A stretch of 63,954 nt of DNA, filler included, from Octopus bimaculoides (GCF_001194135.2; 6 parts of 4 records of this genome joined end to end with filler, not necessarily neighbours in it); one strand, 5' to 3'; counted from the first letter of the whole stretch, positions 14,296 through 27,775 are shown. Numbers and translations: made by a program. The notes: a model not told the origin generated them from the sequence alone.

Positions 14296-16325
14296 TTTAT
14301 TTACATTATTTACATTTGACGTATATTTGTCCTCATCTTGCTTGTTGTTAACACATCGTTTCGGCTGAGAAATATAAACAAAGGTCTCAACTTTGCGACA
14401 ACCACCAAGCGCATTACATAATTGGGCATAATAGCCCCTATTGAAGAGATAACCGTAAATATACCAAAACTTCAGGGAGATGAACTAAGGTGGTAAGTGA
14501 GACAGGTACTAGAAAAAAGCGAAACTTCCCAAACCAAACATCACTAAGGAAGAAATGTTCACTATAAAAAGACTACAGAGTGACAATTCCATCATAATAC
14601 TTCCAGCGGACAAAGGAAATGCTACAGTGGTGGTGAGCAAGTCTGACTACTAGGAAAAACTGGCAAGTCTTATAAGTGATGGTAGCTACAGCAAAATAAG
14701 GAAAGACTCTACTTTGAAAACAGAGAGGAAGTTGTGACAGATCTTGATCAAGAACAAGGATCACTTTACGACAATAAAGTACAGACAACTGACTCAACAC
14801 TACAGTAAACTACTGCACATGTACGGTCTCCCTAAGATTCACAAGGATGGATTTTCCATTAAGACCAATAACGAGCTGTACAGGTTCAGCATGTCATCCA
14901 CTGAGCCGCTTTCTTGTGGATATTAGCAGAAAAGTCCGTTAGCAGGAAAGTCAGCATCGTTCGTGAAGAATTCACCCGTTTAACAGAATTGATCAAGGAT
15001 ACTTCAATTGGATCCAACCAGATGATGAGTCTAGATGTGATAAGTCTGTTTACCAAAGTCCGAACTGGTGAAGCACTATCGGTGATTCAAGAGAAACTAG
15101 TGACAGACATCCATCTACAAGAACACACTAGTATACCAATAAGAAACTTGATGGGAATGTTGACCTTCTGTGTAGAAACTACCTATTTCAGTATGGACAC
15201 TGATATATATCGACAGAAGAGGTTTTAGCTATGGGTTCGCCATTATCACCGATAATAGCCAATATATACATGGAATACTTTGAGAATTTGGCTTTAGGAT
15301 CAACACCACTAAAACTGACCCTATGGCTGCGATATGTTGATGACACCTTTATACTCTGGCCCCACCAGGAAGATGTCCAAGTGCTGTTAGATCATGTGAA
15401 CTCAGTAAAGCCATTCATACAGTTCACAATGGAAAAGGAAAAAAAGACAATCAGCTAGCATTCCTGGACGCATTAATAACACGCACCAAGAATGGATTCA
15501 GGGCATCCGTATACCGCAAGCCGACCTTCATTGTATGGTACCTCAACTTCAATTCCCACCATCCATACAGTGTAAAGAGAGGGATTGCTCAGTGCCTAAA
15601 ACATTGAGCAAAGAAGATAAGTTGAATCGTGATACACACCATGAAGAAATGATCAAGGTCAATAACAATGTATTAAGCAACAACTAACCCACAAAACGTA
15701 CTATCCACTCTAATTATGAAGAAAAGAGAGGACGAAATCAATAAACTGTCCACAGTCTGTCTACCCTATGTGAAAGGCCTCTCCGAAAAGATACAAAAGA
15801 TATGTGGCCCATTTGACATCAGGAGAGTATTCAAGAGTAATACAACACTTCGGAAATATCTCCTTCGGGTAAAACCACTAATAGAAGAGAATATGACCAA
15901 AAACTACGTGTACTCCATCCCATGCAGCTGTGCTAGATTATACAAAGGCAAAACATACCGCCCCCTCAAAATAGGGGTTGACGAACATCGCAAAGCTGTG
16001 ACACGAGGAGATACTGCTGAATCGAGTATAGCTGATCATATATGGAAAAATGGAGACCACCTTCCCCCGTGGGATGAAGTTAAAATAATAGACAGAAAAC
16101 ACCACTCGAAAATACGGAAACTAAAACAAGGAGAACATATGCTAGGATACAACCACCTCCTAAAACCGAGTGCAGATATAAATAGCATATGGGAACCAGT
16201 ATTAAGGAAGAATAAGGAAATGTTAGATTTATAAGCCCTAAAATTCACTCCATAATTACCCACGAGCATATGGCGTAGTGGTTAAGAGCGCGGGCTACTG
16301 ACCCCAAGATCCGAGTTCCGAGTGA

Positions 16326-16394
<69 letters not shown>

Positions 16395-16425
16395 TAATAA
16401 TAATAATGATGATAATAATAATAAC
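14296..16425 (+). mobile_element. Penelope-like element (RT + GIY-YIG endonuclease), degenerate
   Basis: RT motifs SLDVISLFTKV, MGSPLSPIIANIYMEYFE and WLRYVDDTF; GIY-YIG-type NYVYSIPCSCARLYKGKTYRPLK...EHRKAV. Split into several ORFs by stops and frameshifts. Confidence 0.92.
16262..16425 (+). repeat. tRNA-like Pol III head followed by (AAT)n; probable start of the Penelope pLTR
   Basis: A-box TGGCGTAGTGG at 16271-16281, truncated B-box GAGTTC, then an AAT run; begins about 30 bp after the GIY-YIG ORF stop. Confidence 0.6.
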
Positions 16426-16689
16426 CTCCTAATAAATAATGTACATAATTCTTCATCTCTTAAATATAGAACTGTACTAAAGGTAGCATTCCATATATGG
16501 CAGGTGTGCAGGGAGATTAAGCAGGTAGAACACCTGGGAAATACACTTTCTCAAGAAACTGGTCGCCCTTCAGAAGCATTCAGTAGTTTCTATTACCTGA
16601 TTACTAATCAGGTAATAGTTCTATTACCTGATTGATTAATAGAAATGTTGTATTACTCTTGATTAATTGCGGGGACGGTGCCCTGAAAA

Positions 16690-17280
16690 TATAGTAGCCA
16701 AAATGATAATAGATTGGAACAGTTCAGGGATCAATAATCTCCACAAAAAAGTCTCTGACTTCTCACTCAGATTAAAGTGGAATTTGTATGGTGCTCGTGA
16801 ACAGAGTGCGATGCAAGATGGTAGTGAGTAATGGATCTTGAATGTTGAAGATTTGTAATGACTCAAAAGCAAATAAAACAAGTATACTTGATATGCAATC
16901 TAAATGAATGACGGCATATGAATGACCTGAAATGACACGAAACAAATGGTGTGTGTAGGATGAACTATTTCTACTATGCAGAAGAAAGGATTGGGTTGGT
17001 ACGGGAACCTGGTGAATCGGGATGTCAAGCCCTGCATAAAAATGTGCCTGGAAAAGATGGGACGAAATGGTGAGACTAGTGAGACTAGAGTACTGCAAAG
17101 GAGTTACGTCCCATTAGTCTTACCAACTCTTTAAAGCTAGTTCCTCAAGAAATATGTCATAGGGGTTACGTGCTCAGCACTGTAGAAATCCTATCAAAAC
17201 AGTCATTTCACGTGACCTGTCGAACGGTCCAATCCCTGTCGGCAAGGAAAGCGGACCTAAAAGAATGACGATAATGATAG
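16690..17280 (+). mobile_element. RTE LINE 3' relic
   Basis: RLKWNLYGAREQSAMQDGSE*WILNVEDL and LGWYGNL match the RTE C-terminal region; ends in GGAAAGCGGACC..GATAATGAT resembling the RTE tail. Confidence 0.65.
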
Positions 17281-17313
17281 ACACACACACTCACACACAC
17301 ACACACACACTTG

Positions 17314-17344
<31 letters not shown>

Positions 17345-17416
17345 ACACACACGCACACACACACTNNNNNNNNNNNNNNNNNNACACACACACTCACACA
17401 CACACACACACACTTG

Positions 17417-17447
<31 letters not shown>

Positions 17448-17858
17448 ACACACACGCACACACACACTCACACACACACTTGCACACATGCGTTCAATAC
17501 GTCAACGCGGTTTTCTTCTATTTCTTTCCGCCCCTTGTGTACTTTAGTTACAATTTGATGGGTTCTTTTTAAACTGATATTCATTACTATTTACTCTTCG
17601 AATTAATATGTAAGTTAATAAATTCCTTCATCTAAATTCTTTCACACCATCCTATTTTATAAGGTGATGGCTCATTGTATAATGAAGGCCCCGATATGGA
17701 ATTAGTGATTAAACAACAGCTTCTGGGAAAATAGTGACTGGATCTGAGCTCACAAATGACTAATACAATGAAATTGCTATCGTCAAGATGTATGATATAA
17801 TAAAGACCAGAAGTTATCCCGCTTCCTAACCAACCACTGCACCATTCAGTTTGTGAGT

Positions 17859-18007
17859 AGAAATACTCAGCAGTCAGCCCATATTTAAGTCGTTTGCTCA
17901 GTCATTTGCTCAGATATACTCAGCAGTCAGCCTATATTTAAGTCGTTTGCTCAGTCATTTGCTCAGATATACTCAGCAGTCAGCTCATATTTAAGTCGTT
18001 TGCTCAG
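17859..18007. repeat. 53-bp tandem repeat, about 2.8 copies
   Basis: Unit AGATATACTCAGCAGTCAGCCTATATTTAAGTCGTTTGCTCAGTCATTTGCTC starts at 17859, 17912 and 17965. Confidence 0.95.
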
Positions 18008-19204
18008 GCGTTGAAATCCGCCTCACTTTTCAATTGTCTCGTTGCAACTAAATTCTAAAATTACTCTAAAGGCCTGTAATGAAGTGTTACAAAAATATAC
18101 GTAAATTATTAAATTTTTCCTTGTGTAGTCACACTTTTACAATTCCATAACTGAAGCGAATGGTATAAATAATGTATGTTTATATTTCAAATACATGTGC
18201 GCTACAAAGGAATATCGGAAAAAGAAATCAATTCTCCGAGAGCTCACCAGCTTACGGGAGATTGTAAATAATGATTTGTTAAACATAGAAATAGTTAATA
18301 GGGAAGCAAAACGTGTTAAAATTTTGATCCTACCTTTTAGAAGTGGAGTGAACATCAATTTCCTCTGACTATCTATCGAATAAAAAAAAATCTTGCAGGA
18401 AAGCTTGCGAATCAATGAAAGTATATTACCTAGATCAATTTTATCGATTTTAGAATACTGAGAGACAATGTAGATATCTACGGCATGCAGAAGAACACAT
18501 ACATATACACACATGGAGATCAATATTTACTGGAGAAGAAACGATAAAAAAAACCTGTAAAAATATAAATGTTTTCTCATGCAGTCATATATACACTATC
18601 CGTTATAAACAGACGCTAAAACCACAAACGTAGATATACACGCTTGTACACGCCTGATTTAGTCAATAAATATCACACACCAACTGCAATTATGCAACAT
18701 CAACATAGTACTACGATTAAATTCTTTAGTTACACACAAAGCAATAGAAAGTTCATTAAATGTTACATTATTGACAAAATTAATGAAAGTTACCGCTGAT
18801 AAAAGGTGAAAAGCTTTGATAAGTCAAGCGTGAAAAATACTGAACAAATTCACGTGGAAAGAAGAAATAGTTAGAACGACCAGAACGAAAGAAACATATA
18901 ACAAAAATATTGCGATAAAACTAACATAAAATAGATGAAAAGAAAATGAAGGAGGAAAGAGCTTAATTAGAATTAATAGTGTTATTTTGTAATAATAATG
19001 TATAGTTTAATTGCAATTAGAAGGTCTTCCTCAACGACTAGCACAAACATGGCCACGTCTAATAAAATCTGACATCAGTGATGTCGAAAAAAAAAAGTCA
19101 ACAGCGCAACCTCAAGAAAAAGCATCACTTCACTCGTCATACCATTAACACCACAACCTGTTACTATTTTCATAGAAGCTAACGAGGAAGCTTTTTCGCA
19201 GTCA

Positions 19205-19760
19205 TTTGATGTGCCAGAAATAACAGCCAAATAATCCTCAAATCACACCCTGCCATCTTAGAAAAGGCCATATTCAATAATGTGGCCTTGGGTTGGCTTC
19301 GTGTATATGGGAACAAAATATGATAATGATGGGTTCAGTCATGACTGACCAGGGATTAAATAATTGCAACATCATCAACAATAACAACAACAGCAACCAA
19401 AGCAGCAATGGCGCCTCTACGACATAGCACTCACTTAATATGCTAGACATAACAGCCAAATATACCTTAAAATCATCCTATTAATTTAAATAAGGAATCT
19501 GATCTCTAAACAATGTAGCCCAAGATAACCATAAAGCAAAGAATGTTCGGGGGTCTCCAACAATGGCCAATCTATTTAGGTGTGACTGGTACCTTTTTCC
19601 ATCAAAACGCACCAGCGATCAATAAAGCAGCTCCTTCAGGATCACCTGACATTCTAGAAATAGCAACTACATCCTCATCCGTTCAACCCATGTTTTGCAA
19701 GAATAGAAATATACATTAGGTATCTAAGACGAGATGGTCACGGCTGGGAAATATCGAAGC
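19205..19760 (+). repeat. Cluster of three fragments of dispersed repeat family F
   Basis: Recurring CTAGAAATAGCAGCCAAAT..CTCAAATCACACCC-like motif at about 19210, 19440 and 19655; also at 24629-24870 (+), and 9990-10035, 26040-26140 and 58485-58590 (-). Confidence 0.6.
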
Positions 19761-20300
19761 AGTGATATACCTAAGCCATTATAGATACAGAACAGCAACA
19801 GGAACAACTACAAAAATGTTACAATCAACACGAAGATTTTAACGAAAATCTTCATTAAGATCGACCAGGAAAACCTATATGGTAGACGCAAGATACAAGA
19901 AATACAAATAAAATGTCTCATAATAAGGATATATCGGATAGCTTTTACCATGCAATGTCCTGTACCCAGATATGCACCTATACATACAGGTGGATGTCGG
20001 TATGCACATACCTGTACGTATATATGCATATACTCATTTACTATTTGTTTTTACATGACCGAACGCAGCGTCACCAATCTGTAAGTAGTTTTCGCAACTT
20101 TATATTTTCCGACGCTACTCGATCTCTTTCTCTTTCTCTTCCTCTTCAATTTTTTCCCCTCTCGTTCTTCCTCTGTTTACTACTACGTATCTCTCTTTAC
20201 CCCTCTCGTTCTTCGTCTGTTACTACTACGTATCTCTTTTCCCCCCTCGTACTTCCTCTCTTTCTCTTTTCCTCTCGTTGCTCACCTATTCTTCTACTTC

Positions 20301-20400
20301 NNNNNNNNNNNNNNNNNNNNNNNNNNNNNNNNNNNNNNNNNNNNTTAATTAATTAANNNNNNNNNNNNNNNNNNNNNNNNNNNNNNNNNNNNNNNNNNNN
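20301..20400. other. Artificial assembly spacer 44N-TTAATTAATTAA-44N
   Basis: Identical 100-bp structure at 20301, 44761, 50182, 61505 and 62829; the 12-mer places a stop codon in all six frames. Confidence 0.95.
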
Positions 20401-20470
<70 letters not shown>

Positions 20471-20784
20471 CGCCGTTGCTTAGGTGCACTGATTCTAAAC
20501 GTCTTGTCAGTTGTAAGTCCATTGCTTTTGAGAGTTATTACTTAAAATAGTTAAGTAATTGTTTAAAGGTTTCTCAAGTTTATCACTGTATTTGCTTAGA
20601 AACAGGACTCGAGATTTCAACTCGGGTACAGCGAGCCAGAACAAATGCTGCAGCGCATTGCAAAGGATGCTCTTACGGTTTGGCTAATTCGACAGCTATA
20701 TGTATATACACACACACACATACACACAAATACAAACGTATGCACGCGCACACACATTCACACGCGCTGCGCATACACCCACAT

Positions 20785-20869
<85 letters not shown>

Positions 20870-21166
20870 CAAAGAATATATATACATGTATACACACATA
20901 TATGTACATACTTACATCTACATGTGTATATATATGNNNNNNNNNNNNNNNNNNNNNNNNNNNNNNNNNNNNNNNNNNNNNNNNNNNNNNNNNNNNNNNN
21001 NNNNNNNNNNNNNNNNNNNNNNNNNNNNNNNNNNNNNNNNNNNNNNNNNNNNNNNNNNNNNNNNNNNNNNNNNNNNNNNNNNNNNNNNNNNNNNNNNNNN
21101 NNNNNNNNNNNNNNNNNNNNNNNNNNNNNNNNNNNNNNNNNNNNNNNNNNNNNNNNNNNNNNNNNN

Positions 21167-21267
<101 letters not shown>

Positions 21268-21847
21268 ATGTGTGTATATATATTTAGTAGTTGATACTCT
21301 ATACATACATACATATATTCATACATGTATTGAGTGATAGAGTACATATATGCATGCATATATATACATGCAATTATATATACAAATATTTACGTATAAA
21401 TATGCACACATATTCTACGTGTATATAATTATCTGTGTGTGTGTACGTACGTTTGTGTTTGTATATACTGTGTGCATACATATATGCAAGCATACATGCA
21501 TACATACATACATGCATGCATGCATGCATACATGCATGCATACACACAAGCCTACATTCACACATGAAGGCATCATCATGTTTATAGATATATAGATCTA
21601 TTAGATTTAGAAACACTCTCTGGCACACATATGCATACCCGGAAGCATAAAACCATATGTGTAGAGTTATTTAAATTGGGATAAACAAAAAGGAGACAAA
21701 ACTTTTATCAGACTGTATGCATATTACATGTAGCCCTTAATGTTTACATCGATTTCATTATTACACAACAATATTTCCTCCCTTCTCTTACTTTTTACTA
21801 TAAAGGCCATTTAAAGTAAACACGAGAAATTCGATTCATGACTTATA

Positions 21848-21859
21848 AGTGACGTCACT
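21848..21859. promoter_or_regulatory. Palindromic CRE/ATF-type site AGTGACGTCACT
   Basis: 12-bp perfect palindrome containing TGACGTCA, about 420 bp upstream of the candidate first exon in CpG-retaining DNA; could be chance. Confidence 0.3.
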
Positions 21860-22279
21860 ATCTATCACCAAGACAATTTGTGGTTTTCAGTTTTAGCTAT
21901 TGATATAGGTCAATCGACTACACCTCCCCCATAATTTGCAGTCTTGTATTTATGACGGAAATCAATATAAACCAATGTTTCTCCACAAAGGTACAGCAGT
22001 GTATGCTTGTATAATTTCCTCGGTATATTTTTTCGGTTTGGCTTAACCTCAGTTAAACAAGCCGTCGCAATTCCTTCACATGGTCTATTCAATTTTAGTT
22101 CCTCGTTGCCTTGTTCACTCCCTCACTCTATACTTCACGCGTTCTTTCCCGCGCTATACACCCCTCACTCTCTCTTTTTCTCTCTATCTTTCACCACTGA
22201 ACGCGCTCACCTTCGTACACACAGATCTACCTTGGAGTGAGGAGTATGAAGTAAGCAGCAGTCCCGCATTGATGTTTAT

Positions 22280-22353
22280 ATGATGGCGGACCGAAATACG
22301 GATCATCTGCACAGTACAAATGTTGCAGATAGGGACAATGCATTTAGACAGCA
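22280..22353 (+). CDS. Candidate first coding exon of an unidentified gene (MMADRNTDHLHSTNVADRDNAFRQ)
   Basis: ATGATGGCGG start, open frame, consensus donor CA|GTGAGT; lies in unique CpG-rich sequence just before the CpG-decayed domain. Confidence 0.35.
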
Positions 22354-24628
22354 GTGAGTAAAAATCCTTTCACCTTATCCTCTATATTCTGCAATTCCGA
22401 ATGCATCAACTGGTTGCTTGTTTTAAGGATGCATACATGTCTGCCTTAACCAAGTGCTCGCTCCTTGTCTATTACGTACATACCTATATACGAATACCAT
22501 TTCATACACACGTAACCCCGGGGACGTTACTTCTTCTTTTTTCTTGCTCTCACTGCTACTAATATTCTCCACCTCGTTATATTTTAGCTGTAACTACCCA
22601 GGAATTGTTTTCGTTATTAGTATTCCTGCTCTTTTATGTATATTTATTTATGAATTTATTTTTTCTCTAAAGTTTGGTTATCTTTCTTATTTTTATTTTT
22701 AAATCGCTAATTAATTTCACATTACGATATTCGTTGGATATATTAGTTCATTTCAAAAATACATTTTATTTCTGAGACAGTCTGGGGAAATACATATTAA
22801 TGGTTGCATGCAGTTGTCCTGTGAGCCTTTTTAAAAAGAAACTTGACTTAAACAGGCATTTACTTTCCACGCCCCGCCAGTCTGTGCTGGACTTCACTAA
22901 ATCACTTACGATGGAAACGGATTCTTTTTTCCCCTTGCTTAGTCTACAAATATGTTTGTTGAACATTTCACTTCTTTTGTTTTGTTGCTAACATACAAAT
23001 AATTTCAGTCTAGATTAGTACCCTATATTCAGTTTTTCATCCCCCTTAACCAATCAACTAACTAACAAACAACAAAACTTGCTAGACACGTATGCTAATA
23101 AAAGTCGAGACAACTTTTAAAATCTTTATAGCTTTAACTTTTACTCCCATGATTGATTTGTTTTGTTTGTTTTTTAGAGTTGTCTTGCTTACGATCATTT
23201 TTCCTTATTATGATCTTATATTTTCTGAAACAGAACCATTCTGTATATATATNNNNNNNNNNNNNNNNNNNNNNNNNNNNNNNNNNNNNNNNNNNNNNNN
23301 NNNNNNNNNNNNNNNNNNNNNNNNNNNNNNNNNNNNNNNNNNNNNNNNNNNNNATTTATTTGTTTTCTCTTGGCTCGCAAATGTTGATTTTCGAATTATG
23401 TCGCAGTCAAGCTGACTTTGTGCTACCCCTGTTTATGCACCATTCCACTTTATTGTCTATCTCGCTTGAACCGTTCAACTGCAACAGCTTAATTAGCTTT
23501 TAATATATTTCTGTTGCAACTATCACGAAAATTTTCCTAACATCTGTCATGAAGTTTTAGTCACCCAGTTTGCAAACAGATTCAGACCCTAAATCGCTCG
23601 GTATTTCCGATCGATTTATTATTATTTATTTACATTCTTCGTATATATTTCCGTTTTATTATTTTTTTTACCCCCACCCCATTTTTTGTACACCTGACTG
23701 ACGTGTCACTATATTCCAAGATACCCTTCAAAAATACACATACACATATGTGTAAAAGGTAGTCTTAGATTTTATATATGTTTATCAGCGATAAAAATTA
23801 TGTAAGGAATAGCAATAAACTGTAGGATTAAACGCCATAATATTTTATACACTTTTTCTTCCGATAGTGCTTTCATTAACACACCACGTGATTATTGCAT
23901 TGCCAGATTTATTCTTTTCGTATATAGGTTTTTGTTTATTTAGTAAATAAATTAAAGCAACATTGTCTCCTGTACTGCTTATATGCAGTGTATTTTCATT
24001 CACGTCACTGACATTGCATTGTTCTTTAACTGCTTAAATATTTCAATAAATTTATTCAAATGTTTATAATTAGAATGAATTATGTAGATAGTTATCGTCG
24101 CCGTTTATTGCATATATCCGCTTGTCCATTTTCGAGATATTTCTGTATTCAAAATTATTTTAATACGAAAATGTCAGTGTAATTATTAGCTAGAACTTAT
24201 ATTTATTGACGTAGCTTTCCTAACTTCTCCCCCTTTAAAACCAATGTTATTTGGTATAGTTTTTAAAAAGCAACAACGAAAAACTTCCATGTTTACTTGT
24301 AAAACTTTAATAATTTCATGAAAAGAATGCTGTATGTTATTGACTTCATTTTCTTTGCTTTTCTATATTGATTAGTTTGAGGTGATCTTGTGTATAAAAG
24401 TGTATAAAATATTATGGCGTTTAATTCTCACATCTCTGACAATCATTTCTGTGCATTCTAAAACACCCTCTTTCATAATCAGTCCTCTTAATTTTTGTTT
24501 TGTTTTATTGTTATTTTTAATATTTGAGTCAGATATGCAGAAACCATAATAATATTTAGTGCAATCAACAAGGCATCTATGTTATCTGCATGCCTTTTCC
24601 TCAATATATCTAAACTCTTGTGTTTACA

Positions 24629-24870
24629 AAAGAAACCACGAGGGAGCTTGCGTCTATGTGGTCACTCGACCTGCTAGAAATTGCAACTTAATCTTTCTCA
24701 AACCACTCTGCTTAATAATAATAATAGTAATCTTAAACGGGAAGGACATAATGGATAATGAAATGTAAGAAATATTGTGTTTAAAAATAAGACTGCATAG
24801 TAACGACCGAAACGCTTTTGAACCACAGGTCATTTTGAGCAGCTGACCTGGGGCTAAACCACAACAAATC
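24629..24870 (+). repeat. Dispersed repeat family F, fuller copy with (CAA)-type tail
   Basis: GTGGTCACTCGACCTGCTAGAAAT...CTGACCTGGGGCTAAACCACAAC; homologous to the 19.2-19.8 kb fragments. Confidence 0.6.
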
Positions 24871-25831
24871 AAGCTGAATGTTTTAACTGCTTTCCCAGTT
24901 TGCCAGTATTATTGTTCTTCTATTTTCTGCGATGAAAAGAGGCAGAAAGATGTGAAGTTTGCACATTTTCTCCATTCAGTAATTCTTCGGCCACTCTGCT
25001 ATGTAAACATCATGCTTCATATGTGACAGGAAGGGATGTGAATGTGACATGTTTGCCTTTCTCATGTTAGTCAACCGAAGTGATTACAAATCTTAAACTG
25101 GAACCAGGTATTGACTTTCATCATTAGTTTACAATTAATTCTTCAGTATTATCAATGATCCATGCACTCTCCCGATTGAACTATTTCTATAATAGTTTCA
25201 TTGGCTTTTGGCCTAGACTACGTGTTTTATGCCAGTGCATTTGAGAGCATTGACACCATGTCATACTCATTGGTTTACATTAAGGTCTCTGACAAGAATT
25301 TATCAGGAGGTACTTTCTTTGCAATCTTCTTCCCTTTTCTGAATGCTCGTCTTTAATATATGGAAACATTCTCTTAGATCTCGGTAAATTTCTGTGTCTG
25401 AGTACGATCCACTCCTCTTAGTGCACATACACTCACACATTTATAAATTATATATATGATAATAATGTGTGTGTGTGCTAACAGACAGAAATTTATTTTT
25501 CGATATCAGTGTTTTGTTTACAAATAAAAGGGAAGGACGTAGATTTTAAGAAAGTGTCTCTAAGTTTTTTCTTTACCGTTAAAATCTTTGATCTTGGGTA
25601 GCATAACTGCAAAACCTTGATCATTTATTAAATTACTTCTTGAAGAGTTCTGGTATCATTCCGCAGATATAGTTGCTAGGAATAAAATAAAGAAAGCGGG
25701 TTGCGAGAGACTGTTTGTTTTTGTTTTTTCCAAATGCGTTTAATTTCTCTTTACTATTAAATAGGAACAGCTGGGTGTGGTTAACACAATTAATATTCAG
25801 TTTGAAATTGTAATGGTCAGTTATGTTATAG

Positions 25832-25851
25832 GAAAACACGTAGTGGTGGTG
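25832..25851 (+). CDS. Candidate 20-nt micro-exon (KTRSGG)
   Basis: Perfect GTAAGT donor but weak acceptor (GTTATAG); phase 2 in and phase 1 out would bridge exon 22280-22353 and exon 45469-45610. Alternative 87-nt exon 25765-25851 (phase 0) shares the donor. Confidence 0.2.
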
Positions 25852-26479
25852 GTAAGTAGCAGAGGGGTGATGAATTTTAAACAAGTGACTTCAGTGAGTG
25901 GTGGCATTCAGTTAGCAAGTTTAGTTATACCGAGTTCATTATGCTAGTAACTGTTGTTTAGGTGTGGGTCTAATCAAACAAATCATTATTAATCAACATC
26001 ATTTCAGCCATAACCGTCTCAATTTTTTGAGGATATCTAAGACTGCATTATCTAATGTGTATCTCCCTTTTTAATATAATGAGTGTGATTTGAAGAAAAT
26101 TTGGCTGCTATTTCTAGCAAGCAGAAAGATTACATAGAGGCTCCTTTGTTGTAAGTACTGCTTAAAAAAAAAAAGCAAATGGAGAAAACTTTAGCGAGCA
26201 TTGTTTTTTATTATTTATTTATTTATTTAATGTAGTCTAGAATATAAGAGTGTATGTACTAGAATATGAGTTTACAAGGATTGCACCATCCCAGATTTGT
26301 GAACGAAATAGTTAGGACTGTTGAAGATGATTAACATTCAAGCTTCATAACATGATTTGATTCAACTAAGTCAGATTCTTTCTGTTGGGATGGTGCAGCA
26401 CACACAAACATCTGCATTATTGAAAAAGAACATCAAAAAACACCCAATTGATTGACATGAAGTTGCATTAGTCTCTCCT

Positions 26480-26725
26480 TCAGATGTACTCTCTCTTCAT
26501 GCTTTTCTACTGCTACTACAGTGGCCCACCTAATTCACTTATTTCCCCTCTTTTCATCACCCATATTGTGTCTAACCTTTATAGGCTTCCCATTAATTAC
26601 TATACACAATCTTTCTTCCACAGAGCATCATCCTACTGGAAATCCCCTCCCAGTTCATGTTTTTATCTCTAGTTATCAACTTGCAGTCATTCTAGAGCAT
26701 CTACTACATCAGTGTTGCCAATCTC
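26480..26725 (+). mobile_element. CR1/L2-type LINE 3' relic
   Basis: NYYTQSFFHRASSYWKSPPSSCF resembles the SFFxRxxxxWNxLP C-terminus of CR1/L2 ORF2. Confidence 0.55.
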
Positions 26726-27013
26726 AAAGGGACTGCAAAGGTCACAGGTACAGTTCCTTTCTCCAGACCAAAAGAAAAGAAAATCAGCATCAAGGCTGTA
26801 CAAGGGAACATAGTTTTCCAAATATGAGAACTTGAGAATCACGTAATGCGTGAGGGTAGATATGCACAGAACTTCTAATATAGATAAGTTGACAATGTTT
26901 TAACTACCTGGCATGCCTTGTACAGAAATGAGTATTTATACTTAAAAGAATAAACTTCAGGGATTAACATAAGGTCCCAGGGTAGCAGCACCAAGCAGTG
27001 ATGTGTATAAATA

Positions 27014-27288
27014 CAAGGTTATTACCAGCTCAAATATACTTGGGGCATATTCGAGCCCGTAAAAAAGCCATTCATTGTGTTTTGTTATGGAGAAAATTTC
27101 TGACTGTAGACAAATGATGTAAATACACCTTTCAAAGTTTCCCAGTCTGGGTGGCACTGTGAGCTGATTTTAGGTGTATTTACACCATTTTGCTACAGTG
27201 AGAAATTTTCTCCATGACAAAACACAGTGAATAGCTTTCTTACAGGTTCAAATATACCCTGAGCATATTTGAACTTGAAATAACCTTG
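27014..27288. mobile_element. Fold-back MITE of Tc1/mariner type with ~118-bp inverted arms
   Basis: TA|CAAGGTTATT...AATAACCTTG|TA; arms about 85% complementary by eye around a ~40-bp spacer; TA target-site duplication. Confidence 0.88.
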
Positions 27289-27775
27289 TATATAAACATA
27301 AAGTCATCTCTATTGTTCATTTCCTTTCCTATCCACTGCACCATCACACTATTCTCTTCTAATATTCTTACTTCAACATTTTTCCATTACTCCCGCCTCT
27401 ACCATCCTCTCATGACAATCACTGTTTTTATCATCGTAGTTTCACTTTGTAAAGTGGTTAGAAAATGAACAGAGACAATGTAGCATCAAGAGGGCCCTCA
27501 AGTTTGTCTGTAAACATAGCAATGTTTCTTGTATTGGTGTTGCATTCAAATGCACTCAGTATGCTCTGTAAAGTGGTTTATATTAGGAAGATCATCCAGC
27601 CTCTGAAACCATGACAAAAATAGAATGGTTGAGTGAAATATGGTCCTCTGACTTGTCTTGGAGACTCAGAATAAAAACTGACATTGAATATGACAACTTG
27701 TTGAACCCATGAAAAGTAAATGTAAAGATGATTATGATGTATGTGTGTGTGTGCATGCATGTGTATATATATATT

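Noticed and set aside
17281-17490. Apparent tandem duplication of a complex CA repeat
   Set aside because: The copies flank an 18-N gap; most likely unmerged contig overlap.
17859-18007. CRISPR-like array
   Set aside because: Units are contiguous tandem copies with no unique spacers, in a eukaryotic context with no cas genes.
18137-18523. 128-aa minus-strand ORF in unique DNA
   Set aside because: Starts in a CA-repeat, composition fits AT-rich chance ORFs, no motif recognised.
22800-22991. ORF with a partial C2H2-like pattern (CSC...FKKKLDLNRHL)
   Set aside because: Wrong Cys spacing and no second His.
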